A stretch of DNA of 10,086 nt from Myxococcota bacterium (GCA_039208735.1 JBCCQY010000235.1:1-10086), one strand, 5' to 3'. Shown: positions 1 through 7,668, counted from the stretch's first letter. Translations and numbers: made by a program. Notes: generated by a model from the sequence alone, not told the origin.

Positions 1-198
1 GATGATCTCGACGCCATCGGTGGCATCGGCCGGCAAGATGGTTCGACTGGCTTCCCGCGCTCCATCCTGCACCGCACGACTCACCGCTTGTCGAGTGAAC
101 GACCACCAAGCGAAGTCGGTCGATGCCGCGATGAGGAACAGAATGACCGGCAGGATGAGCGCAAACTCAACCGCGTTGGCGCCACGCATGCGGATCAT
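1..198 (-). CDS. tadE: TadE-like pseudopilin (Flp/Tad minor pilin), 5' part only; truncated by the left window edge
   Basis: Manual translation from the ATG at 198, which overlaps the TGA of the upstream gene as ATGA: MIRMRG|ANAVEFALILPVILFLIAASTDFAWWSFTRQAVSRAVQDGAREASRTILPADATDGVEII... It has the G|xxxxEF prepilin motif, a hydrophobic helix and the TadE 'A..GAR' motif. The frame is open to position 1. Not in the supplied ORF track. Confidence 0.88.
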   Translation of the reverse strand, partial: MIRMRGANAVEFALILPVILFLIAASTDFAWWSFTRQAVSRAVQDGAREASRTILPADATDGVEII

Positions 199-629
199 GC
201 CGGATCCCGTTGGAACTCGAGACGAACCACCACTTCGTCCGACAGATCGCCCGACCGGATGTCGGACATGACGGGTGCAAGCCCGTTCCATGGCGCCACG
301 AGGTTGCAGTGCAGCGCCCGGTTGGGAATGGCACCAACCACCCGCGTGTCTACCGTGCATTTCGGACAAGCCCCCACGCTGTTTTCGTACAGGCTTAGGA
401 TTTCGGTCCGGGCTCGCGCATGGACCGCTGCAACCGTCACTTCTTTCAAGCCCGGATCGACGAGCGACCCCACTCGGCAGCCCCGGTTCACCGCGGTGCG
501 CATGGCGCCACGTTGAACCATCAACCACGACAGATCAATACTTCCCCCCACGAGGAGCACGAACACGGGCAGAAGAATGGCGAACTCGACTGCGTTCGCT
601 CCTCGAAGAACGGTTCGACGCATGCTCAC
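195..629 (-). CDS. tadE: TadE-like pseudopilin
   Basis: 144-aa ORF beginning MSMRRTVLRG|ANAVEFAILLPVFVLLVGGSIDLSW...AVNRGCR, with the prepilin cleavage motif (Glu+5) and an N-terminal TM helix. The GTG start overlaps the upstream stop (GTGA at 626-629); an alternative ATG lies at 623. Confidence 0.88.
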   Translation of the reverse strand: MSMRRTVLRGANAVEFAILLPVFVLLVGGSIDLSWLMVQRGAMRTAVNRGCRVGSLVDPGLKEVTVAAVHARARTEILSLYENSVGACPKCTVDTRVVGAIPNRALHCNLVAPWNGLAPVMSDIRSGDLSDEVVVRLEFQRDPA

Positions 630-1768
630 TCCACCAACGTGATGGGAAGGGATTCCGCAATGTCTTCAAAGATCGCCACGAGTTCAGCCGTCGAATTGGC
701 GCGAATGTAGTACCCATCTCCGTGCGGCACCTGCTTCATCCACTCCCCGTCCTGCTTGAAGCTCACCATCCAGGTGTGGACTTCAGCGTTGTCCCACGCC
801 GTTTTCGCAAAGGACTGCGAGTCCGACTGGATTTCGGCCTTGGTTCGGGCCGTGGCCCCAGTGAACTCGGATCGCCAACGCTCTTCCGCGTAGCCGATCT
901 TGCCCCGGGTAAGGTGGGCCTTGACATCGGCGGGTGAACCATCCGTGATCACAATCATGGCTCGATAGACGGTGGGGTCAGGCAGCTCGGAAAACATTTT
1001 CGTCGCCATCTGGATGCCGATGGCGTGGTCGGTTCCGCCTTCGTCATCGAACTCAAGGGGCATGGCAGGCCGTGGATCGGGTACCACCGCTCCTACCTTG
1101 GCCGCGCGATCGAGGATCTGCCAATCTGCCCGTACGCCACTCAGGACGGCCTGATCGACGAAGGTGAGCGGCGTATACTCGGTCCCATGCTTCCCGTGAA
1201 AGGTCACCAATCCAATCCGATCCGCCTGACCCGATGCCGCAGCCATGTGGTCGAATACGGCCAGGGCTCCCGCTCGAGCCCCCGCAAACTCGGTCGCGTT
1301 CCACGAATTCGTGATGTCCATCACGATCAGGGTGTGAATCGGACGCACCGCCGCGGTCGCAACCGAGCGAAGCGTATATAAATTTGCGCCCCAGAAGCTC
1401 GAGAACGGCAAGTCGAGGTTGACCCCCACCGTCGCCCGGACCGCGTTGCCCGTGACATTGTTGACGGTAAAAACGCCAGACTCGAACACGCCGAATTCCA
1501 CGACTTCAGAAGCCGGGGTGGTTCCTGCAACTCGGTTCCTGGACACGACATTGTTGGCGATGGTCGTCGCGACCGTCCGGTCATTTGACGCCCGAAGTTC
1601 TAGGATGGCCGCCTGGGCTGCGGCATCGGCTACCGCTTGGATTTCTGCATCGGCCAACCGCAGCATGGATAGATCCACTGCGATGGCGCCAAATGCCACC
1701 AATGCAACTGCACTAACGGCGTAAAGAGTGGCGTACGAACCGCGACGCCCCTTCCTCAAAATTCGCAT
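626..1768 (-). CDS. tadG: TadG-like pilus assembly protein with N-terminal Tad domain and C-terminal von Willebrand A (vWA) domain
   Basis: The N-terminus RRG|SYATLYAVSAVALVAFGAIAVDLS...IQAVADAAAQAA is a typical Tad_N motif. vWA motifs are LIVMDITNS (MIDAS DxTxS), RIGLVTF, GGTD and MIVITDG. A GGGGGA SD-like sequence lies upstream of the ATG at 1768. Confidence 0.85.
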   Translation of the reverse strand: MRILRKGRRGSYATLYAVSAVALVAFGAIAVDLSMLRLADAEIQAVADAAAQAAILELRASNDRTVATTIANNVVSRNRVAGTTPASEVVEFGVFESGVFTVNNVTGNAVRATVGVNLDLPFSSFWGANLYTLRSVATAAVRPIHTLIVMDITNSWNATEFAGARAGALAVFDHMAAASGQADRIGLVTFHGKHGTEYTPLTFVDQAVLSGVRADWQILDRAAKVGAVVPDPRPAMPLEFDDEGGTDHAIGIQMATKMFSELPDPTVYRAMIVITDGSPADVKAHLTRGKIGYAEERWRSEFTGATARTKAEIQSDSQSFAKTAWDNAEVHTWMVSFKQDGEWMKQVPHGDGYYIRANSTAELVAIFEDIAESLPITLVE

Positions 1769-1980
1769 GTCTTGTTCCCCCGCGCGGTACTTAACGACCG
1801 CTGGGTGAGGTCAGGGGAACGGTGACACAAAGGTGACGCTCCTCGGATTTGGGCCACTCGGCCACCGAACGAGCCCCGCCACCACCCGCGATCGCGTGTC
1901 GCGCGGGCGGCTGCGCCCCTTCGATGCAGGGCTCTCCAGGGATCAGGCGGATTTGTTGGGACGCGGTTTCCTGACGCGAC

Positions 1981-2009
1981 TTGACATTGACAATCGTCCC
2001 TCATGTAAT
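1981..2009 (+). promoter_or_regulatory. Putative sigma70 promoter of the TBDR-hydrolase transcript
   Basis: Perfect TTGACA at 1981-1986, repeated at 1987-1992, then a 17-bp spacer to TGTAAT at 2004-2009 (5/6 to TATAAT). It sits in a locally AT-rich patch directly upstream of the operator palindrome. Confidence 0.6.
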
Positions 2010-2014
2010 AACAC

Positions 2015-2030
2015 CTGCAATCGATTGCAG
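2015..2030. promoter_or_regulatory. LacI-family operator (perfect 16-bp palindrome CTGCAATCGATTGCAG)
   Basis: Perfect inverted repeat with a central CG and the AAnCGnTT core typical of LacI/GalR operators. It lies over the predicted transcription start, and a LacI gene is present in the same locus. Confidence 0.85.
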
Positions 2031-2034
2031 TAGC

Positions 2035-2046
2035 GCAATCGTTTGT
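2035..2046. promoter_or_regulatory. Secondary, degenerate LacI operator
   Basis: GCAATCGTTTGT matches the primary core GCAATCGATTGC at 10/12 positions. Its centre is 18 bp downstream of the primary operator's centre. Confidence 0.5.
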
Positions 2047-2103
2047 TGCCAGCTGTCATGGCTCCCATCGATGCGTTTGATGGGCTTCAGCAGGAGGGAA
2101 CAC

Positions 2104-4707
2104 ATGGTGGGATCCAGAGGACGATGGATGGTGTTGGCGGTCTTGTGGTCGATGCCTCCAGCCGCAATGGCGCAGACGCCTCCGGAGCCGGACGAGGCAC
2201 CGCCTGAAGCGCCCCCTGCGGAGGAGGACCTGCCCGAGACGCCGACTCCCCCACCACTCCCCCCAGTTCAACCGGTGCTCCAACCTCAACCTCAACCTCA
2301 ATCCGAGCCCGATCCCGAGCCTGAAGAAGACGACGCCTTCGAGGATGAGCCTCTCGAAGAGATCGTGGTTACGGCGGTCGCGCGGGCCGGAGCCACGGCA
2401 TTCCAATCCAGCGTGTCCGTGAGCGACCTGTTGCCCGAAGAAATCGAGGCCCTCGCGCCGCGGAACACCACCGAGATCTTCCGCAGCATTCCCGGGGTGC
2501 GCTCCGAGAACAGCGGAGGTTCGAACAACGCGAACATCCAGGTCCGCGGCATTCCCGTGACCACGGGCGGCGCCAAGTTCATTCAGCTGCAGGAAGACGG
2601 CCTGCCCGTCCTATCGTTTGGCGACATCACATTCGGCAACGCCGACAACTTCCTCCGCGCGGATCGGACGGTCGGCCGTATCGAAGCCATCCGTGGGGGG
2701 TCTGCCTCGACGTTTGCATCCAACGCACCCGGTGCGGTGATCAACTTCATCTCGAAGACCGGTGAAAAACAGGGGGGCTCGATTTCGATCACGCGCGGCA
2801 TCGACTTCGATACCACCCGGGCAGACTTCGAATACGGCGGTCCCATCGGCCAGGATCTGACCTTCCACGTGGGTGGTTTCTACCGACTCGGCGAGGGGCC
2901 ACGGCAAGCCGGCTTCTTGGCGGAGAATGGAGGCCAACTCAAGGCAAACGTCACGAAGAAGTTCGATCATGGTCACGTCCGGCTCTACCTCAAGCACCTC
3001 GACGACCGAACGATCTCGTACCTTCCTGCTCCTGTCTCGTTGGCCGGCGGAGAAGCTGCGGCCATCCCGGGGTTCGACATCCGAACCCAGTCGCTCGCCA
3101 CCCAAAACCTGCTCTCGAATACCCGCGTCGATGCGACGGGCCTGGGTCGGACCGACATTCGAGACGGCGTCCGAAGCCTCTCGACCTCCATCGGCTCTGA
3201 ATTCCTGTTTGAACTGCCCCAACAATGGACGGTAACCGACCGTTTTCGGTACTCCGCCAATCGGGGAGGCTTCGTCGGAAGCTTCGCAGGAGGCGTGCTC
3301 AACGCAGCCGACGTGGCCAAGGCGAATGGCGGCACCGATCTGGTCTACGCAAACGGGCGCCGGGTGGGCCGCACACTCACGGGACTCGACACCCTCAACG
3401 GCAACGGTCTACTCATCGACAACCTACTCTTCGACGTGAAGATTCCGGACCTGTCGCAGTTCGTGAACGACCTAAACGTCCGCCGGACAATCGAGACCGA
3501 TTCGATCGGCACCTTTGATGTATCGGTGGGGTACTACAAAGCCCTTCAGCAGATCGAGACCGAGTGGTCGTTCAACTTCTACCTCCAAGAAGCTCGAGGC
3601 GACGAACCGGCACTCGTGAACGTCGTCAACAACGGTGACCCGCTCAGCGTCAATGGTGTCCGCCAGTTCGGCATCTTCGACCCGCTGTTCGACCTCACCT
3701 TCGATCGCGACGCGGTCTACGGGGCATTGGTCTGGAACCTCGATTGGTTCACCCTCGACAACTCGCTGCGGTACGAGAACGTCCGGGGGACCGGAGCGAG
3801 CAACCTGGGCAGCGCCACCGGGCAAGTCGGCGGGTTCGTAAGCCAGGATCTGGACGTGAATGGCGACGGCGTCATCGTGCCGGCCGAAACCGAAATCGGA
3901 ACGGTCGACCCTGGTGGCCTCTTCGACATCAACACCAACGTCGACTACCTCTCGTATTCGTTTGGCGCGAACATTGAAGCCAACCGCGATTTGGCGTTGT
4001 TTGCCCGCTATTCGCGAGGCGGCTCGGCAAACGGGGACCGCATGGTGCTCGGGGGCACCGGCTTCAACCGGGGAGGCGAACTCATCGACTCCGGTATCGG
4101 CGTCGACGTCGTTCGCCAGGCCGAAGCCGGGTTGAAGTACCGGTCGCTCGACAAGCTGTTCCCTGGCTACCTCGGGCTGTTCGTCACCGGCTTTTATGCC
4201 GACACCGAAGAGAGCAACTTCGAAATCACGTCGGGCCGAGCCATCGATCGGCGGAGTCGAGCCACCGGCGTGGAGTTCGAAGGCATTTACAAGCATCGAG
4301 GCTTCAGCTTGCTGACGGGCCTGACCGCCACCGACGCCCGCATCATCAATGACCAACTCACCCCGGACAACGAAGGCAATCGCCCCCGGCGTCAGGCGGC
4401 TCTGATCTACCAGGTTTCTCCCTCCTACACTCGCAACAGGCACGCGATTGGCGCCACCGTGGTTGGAACCACCTCGTCGTTTGCGCAGGACAACAACGAC
4501 CTGATGCTCCCGGCGTTTGCCCAGGTCAATGCCTTCATCCGAGCCAACTTGGCGGATGGCCTCACGGCTTCGCTGAACGTCAACAACCTGACCAACACGT
4601 TTGGGCTGACCGAAGCGGAAGAGGGCAGCCTGCCCGACAACGGCATCGTTCGCGCGCGAGTGATCAACGGTCGCACCACCGTCGGCACCCTCACCTACAC
4701 GTTCTAG
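2104..4707 (+). CDS. TonB-dependent outer-membrane receptor, probably for sucrose or a related glucoside (SuxA-like)
   Basis: AGGAGGG at 2092-2098 supports the ATG at 2104 over the ORF-track start at 1981. Signal peptide ends ...PAAMA|Q. TonB box EEIVVTA at 2356-2376, plug motifs (FRSIPGVRSE, IQVRG, LQEDGLP, RIEAIRGGSASTFASNAPGAVINFISK), late LNVNNLTN and C-terminal TLTYTF. Substrate is inferred from the neighbouring gene. Confidence 0.93.
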   Translation: MVGSRGRWMVLAVLWSMPPAAMAQTPPEPDEAPPEAPPAEEDLPETPTPPPLPPVQPVLQPQPQPQSEPDPEPEEDDAFEDEPLEEIVVTAVARAGATAFQSSVSVSDLLPEEIEALAPRNTTEIFRSIPGVRSENSGGSNNANIQVRGIPVTTGGAKFIQLQEDGLPVLSFGDITFGNADNFLRADRTVGRIEAIRGGSASTFASNAPGAVINFISKTGEKQGGSISITRGIDFDTTRADFEYGGPIGQDLTFHVGGFYRLGEGPRQAGFLAENGGQLKANVTKKFDHGHVRLYLKHLDDRTISYLPAPVSLAGGEAAAIPGFDIRTQSLATQNLLSNTRVDATGLGRTDIRDGVRSLSTSIGSEFLFELPQQWTVTDRFRYSANRGGFVGSFAGGVLNAADVAKANGGTDLVYANGRRVGRTLTGLDTLNGNGLLIDNLLFDVKIPDLSQFVNDLNVRRTIETDSIGTFDVSVGYYKALQQIETEWSFNFYLQEARGDEPALVNVVNNGDPLSVNGVRQFGIFDPLFDLTFDRDAVYGALVWNLDWFTLDNSLRYENVRGTGASNLGSATGQVGGFVSQDLDVNGDGVIVPAETEIGTVDPGGLFDINTNVDYLSYSFGANIEANRDLALFARYSRGGSANGDRMVLGGTGFNRGGELIDSGIGVDVVRQAEAGLKYRSLDKLFPGYLGLFVTGFYADTEESNFEITSGRAIDRRSRATGVEFEGIYKHRGFSLLTGLTATDARIINDQLTPDNEGNRPRRQAALIYQVSPSYTRNRHAIGATVVGTTSSFAQDNNDLMLPAFAQVNAFIRANLADGLTASLNVNNLTNTFGLTEAEEGSLPDNGIVRARVINGRTTVGTLTYTF
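2281..2301 (+). repeat. In-frame hexamer tandem repeat (CAACCT)3-CAA encoding QPQPQPQ in the receptor linker
   Basis: Read directly: caacctcaacctcaacctcaa. Confidence 0.8.
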
Positions 4708-4737
4708 GCGCTGTCCACGCCTCCACGGAGCAGCCTC

Positions 4738-6615
4738 ATGAACCCCGATGGCCCCTTCCCCGTGGAGGCGCTGGCGGCCCTCCCGGAAGACCGTCGAACC
4801 ACAGTCCTTCGCCGGGCCGACCCTCGCTGGCGGCGTGCCGTCTCTGCGATGTCAACCCTTTACGGTGCGCGTGCCGATGCGGAGGACTTGCCGCTTCGCG
4901 TGGCCATGCGCCTTGCGGATGCGGTGAGCGAACGACGCGACGACCTTTGGCACCTCGATGCGGAGCGCGAACGGACGCCGGACTGGTTCCTCAAGCCAGA
5001 CATGCTTGGCTACAGCACCTACGTCGACCGGTTTGCGGACGACCTCCGAGGGTTGACGGACCGCCTTGACTACCTCACCGAACTTGGCGTCACCTACCTC
5101 CATCTCCTCCCGCTGTACCCCACACAACCGGGCGACAGCGATGGGGGGTTTGCCGTGGCGAACCATCGAGCGGTGCACCCCCGACTGGGGAGCGAGGCGG
5201 ATCTGGTCGCCCTATCGAAGGCGCTCCGCGCTCGAGGCATCAGCCTGGGACTCGACTTTGTCCTCAACCATACGGCCGAAGCCCACCCTTGGGCGCAGGC
5301 TGCACAACAGGGAAACCAACGATTTCGGTCCTTCTATCTGACCTTCGAAGACCGATCACTCCCCGATCAATACGAAACCACCCTCACCGAGGTCTTTCCG
5401 AGCACCGCCCCTGGCCACTTCACGTGGAACGAGGCCCTACAGCGCTACGTGTGGACCACGTTCTACCCCTTTCAATGGGACCTCGACTGGACCAACCCCC
5501 AAGTGTTCGAAGCAATGCTCGACACCGCACTATGGCTTGCGAACGTGGGGGGGGAGGTCCTGCGCCTCGACAGCGCCGCGTTCCTTTGGAAACGGCTCGG
5601 AACGGACGGCCGCAACCAACCCGAAGTTCACCTCGTCCTGCAGGCGTTTCGCGCCCTCCTCGGCATCGTCGCGCCGGGCGTGTTGCTCAAGGCCGAAGCG
5701 ATCGTCGCCGCCCGCGAAGTGGTTCCTTACTTCGGTCGACAACACGCCCCCGGGTGCGACCTGGCCTACCACAACACCTTGATGGCCTCTTTGTGGTACG
5801 GGCTCGCGACCGGTGACCCCACCTTGGTCGAACGGACCATCAGCCAAACCATGCCGCCGTCGGTGCCCAGCACCACCTGGGCAACCTACCTACGGTGCCA
5901 CGACGACATCGGTTGGTGGCCGCTCATAGTCGAGTTGGGGGCCGAGGCGGATGCCCGGTTGGCCGAGGTCGCGGCGTTCTACGCGGGAGAGCGACCCGGC
6001 AGTTTTGCGTGGGGTCGGTCGTTCCAGAGCCAGGAAGGTGATGCGCACGGGACCAACGGCATGCTGGCGTCCCTCGTAGGACTCCAGCGGGCACTAGAAA
6101 TCACCCATCCGACCGAACGCGCACTGGCCGTCGCCCGAATCCGGCTCCTGCACGGCCTTCTACTGGGCCTTCCCGGGCTCCCGGTGCTCTACATGGGCGA
6201 CGAGATTGGCCTCGGCAACGATCCCGCGGAAGCAGCTCGTCAAGCCGATGGGCGATGGCTCCACCGACCACGATTCCCCTGGTCTCATGTCCATCGCCGT
6301 CTCGATCCAGCCACGCCCGAGGGCCAAGTCTGGTCCACGCTTCGCACCCTCATCAGCCATCGACGGGCGCAACCCGCTCTTCACTCCGAGGTCGCGGCCG
6401 CCGTCGTGCCGATGGCTGCGCCCTCGGTGGTGGCGATCCGGCGAAGCCCCAACGCAGGGGCGCCGCTTCTGATCCTCGGGAACCTGTCGTCCGAAGAGCG
6501 GACCATCGACGACCTTCCGGACCGCTTTGCCACATCGACCGATGTACTTTCGGGAGTTCCTTTCGACGGGTGGCTTCCGCCCTACCACATCGTGTGGCTT
6601 ACGTCCGATGACTAA
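4738..6615 (+). CDS. GH13 subfamily 4 enzyme (amylosucrase/sucrose hydrolase family), most likely sucrose hydrolase (SuxB/SUH-like)
   Basis: Motifs YVDRFA, GVTYLHLLP, SDGGFAV, LDFVLNH, WTTFYPFQWDL, RLDSAAFLWK (nucleophile D278), KAEAIV (acid/base E320), YLRCHDDIGW (D389) and LYMGDEIG. GGAG RBS at 4727-4730. No signal peptide. Confidence 0.9.
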   Translation: MNPDGPFPVEALAALPEDRRTTVLRRADPRWRRAVSAMSTLYGARADAEDLPLRVAMRLADAVSERRDDLWHLDAERERTPDWFLKPDMLGYSTYVDRFADDLRGLTDRLDYLTELGVTYLHLLPLYPTQPGDSDGGFAVANHRAVHPRLGSEADLVALSKALRARGISLGLDFVLNHTAEAHPWAQAAQQGNQRFRSFYLTFEDRSLPDQYETTLTEVFPSTAPGHFTWNEALQRYVWTTFYPFQWDLDWTNPQVFEAMLDTALWLANVGGEVLRLDSAAFLWKRLGTDGRNQPEVHLVLQAFRALLGIVAPGVLLKAEAIVAAREVVPYFGRQHAPGCDLAYHNTLMASLWYGLATGDPTLVERTISQTMPPSVPSTTWATYLRCHDDIGWWPLIVELGAEADARLAEVAAFYAGERPGSFAWGRSFQSQEGDAHGTNGMLASLVGLQRALEITHPTERALAVARIRLLHGLLLGLPGLPVLYMGDEIGLGNDPAEAARQADGRWLHRPRFPWSHVHRRLDPATPEGQVWSTLRTLISHRRAQPALHSEVAAAVVPMAAPSVVAIRRSPNAGAPLLILGNLSSEERTIDDLPDRFATSTDVLSGVPFDGWLPPYHIVWLTSDD

Positions 6616-7636
6616 GCATTTCGCCTCCTTGCCCACAGGACTTTCGGACCACCAGTTGGGTCGCGGTCCATTCAGATTTTGGGGTTTGGCCTGCAATGTG
6701 TTCGAGCAGCCCTTGCACGAGCCGAACGCCTCCATTCGCGATGTCTTGGCAGACGGTCGTGAGGGGAACCGAGATTTGGCTGGCCAACGAAAGGTTGTCG
6801 TAGCCCACGATGGCGACGTCCTCGGGCACTCGACGCGAGGCCGACTGGAGCGCGTGAATCGCCGAAACGGCCAACATGTCGGAAGCGGCCACGATGCCGT
6901 CGAACGCAATCTCCGCGGCCACCACCTCCGACACCTCTCGCGCCGCCGCTTCTCCCGCAAAGGCCACGGGCCGCACCTGATCCGGCCGTACCTCCAGTCC
7001 CGCTTGGGCATGGGCTTCAATGAACCCTTGGTAGCGGAGCCCCACCTCGGGAAGGTCAGGGTCGCCGAGGAACAACAAGCGCTCGCGGCCGTGCATGAGC
7101 AGGTGCGTGGTGGCCAAACGTCCCCCCAGCACGTTGTCACTGCCCACCGTGACGTAGTCCTGATTGGACAGCCTTCCGCCCCACACCATGATGGGTGCCC
7201 CCTGACGGGCCAATTCGTTCAACCGATCATGACGGCCGGCCTGCCCAACGACAATGAGACCTTCCGCCCGTCCTGTCGACAACAGGCGACGACGCGACAC
7301 CCGTCCCCGTTCGCTCGGCAACGACACCAACAGGTCGTAGCCGTGCGTGGTGGCGGCGTGGGTCACCGCACCGATCATCTCGAGAAAGAAGGGGTCCGAG
7401 ACCGACTGTGGACCGCTTGGGGCCAGGGGAATGACCAGCCCCAACGCCCCCGATTCACGTCGTCGCAAGCTCGAGGCCGTGGCGTTCACCACGTAGCCGT
7501 GCTTCTCCGCAAGCCGAACGATTCGCTTCCGGGTCGCGTGGTTCACAAGCGGGCTGCCGTTGAGCGCCCTCGACACGGTCGACGGCGCCACTCCAGCCAG
7601 CCGGGCGAGGTCTGCCATGGTGATCCGCGACGGCAT
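6599..7636 (-). CDS. LacI-family transcriptional repressor
   Basis: HTH ITMADLARLAGVAPSTVSRALNG, hinge GYVVNATASSLR, and sugar-binding domain motifs (DPFFLEMI, VGSDNVLGG, RYQGF, DGIVAASD, VPEDVAIVGYD, LTTVCQD). The likely start is the ATG at 7636 (MPSRIT...); the ORF-track extension to 7669 would run into the SSS start codon. Confidence 0.95.
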   Translation of the reverse strand: MPSRITMADLARLAGVAPSTVSRALNGSPLVNHATRKRIVRLAEKHGYVVNATASSLRRRESGALGLVIPLAPSGPQSVSDPFFLEMIGAVTHAATTHGYDLLVSLPSERGRVSRRRLLSTGRAEGLIVVGQAGRHDRLNELARQGAPIMVWGGRLSNQDYVTVGSDNVLGGRLATTHLLMHGRERLLFLGDPDLPEVGLRYQGFIEAHAQAGLEVRPDQVRPVAFAGEAAAREVSEVVAAEIAFDGIVAASDMLAVSAIHALQSASRRVPEDVAIVGYDNLSLASQISVPLTTVCQDIANGGVRLVQGLLEHIAGQTPKSEWTATQLVVRKSCGQGGEMLSHRT

Positions 7637-7668
7637 CGACCCCCAACGTAACGCCGAGGAGGCCCCCA

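Noticed and set aside
1872..1912. GC-rich imperfect inverted repeat including the palindrome CGCGATCGCG (1887-1896)
   Set aside because: It has no U-tract, lies between divergent genes where no terminator is needed, and is plausible by chance at this GC content.
1756..2033. Small ORFs in the tadG-TBDR intergenic region (possible Flp pilin or leader peptide)
   Set aside because: No G|xxxxEY pilin motif, no hydrophobic helix and no RBS, and they overlap the promoter elements.
1981..2103. N-terminal 41 codons of the 908-aa ORF (TTG start at 1981)
   Set aside because: This stretch contains the promoter and operators. The strong RBS and signal peptide point to the ATG at 2104.
3472..4443. 323-aa minus-strand ORF, and 2611-3225
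   Set aside because: Antisense to the TBDR, as expected from codon bias, with no domain features.
5547..5554. G8 homopolymer just before the hydrolase nucleophile codon (possible phase variation)
   Set aside because: The tract is short, the frame is intact, and G runs are common in this sequence.
7511..7528. Near-palindrome AAGCCGAACGATTCGCTT inside lacI as a possible operator for the SSS gene
   Set aside because: It matches GCAATCGATTGC poorly and is explained by coding sequence (KRIVRL).
6527..7651. 374-aa plus-strand ORF, and the 326-aa minus-strand ORF at 6160-7140
   Set aside because: These are shadow frames of the clear LacI and hydrolase genes in GC-rich DNA. They are Arg/His/Pro-rich with no recognisable motifs.
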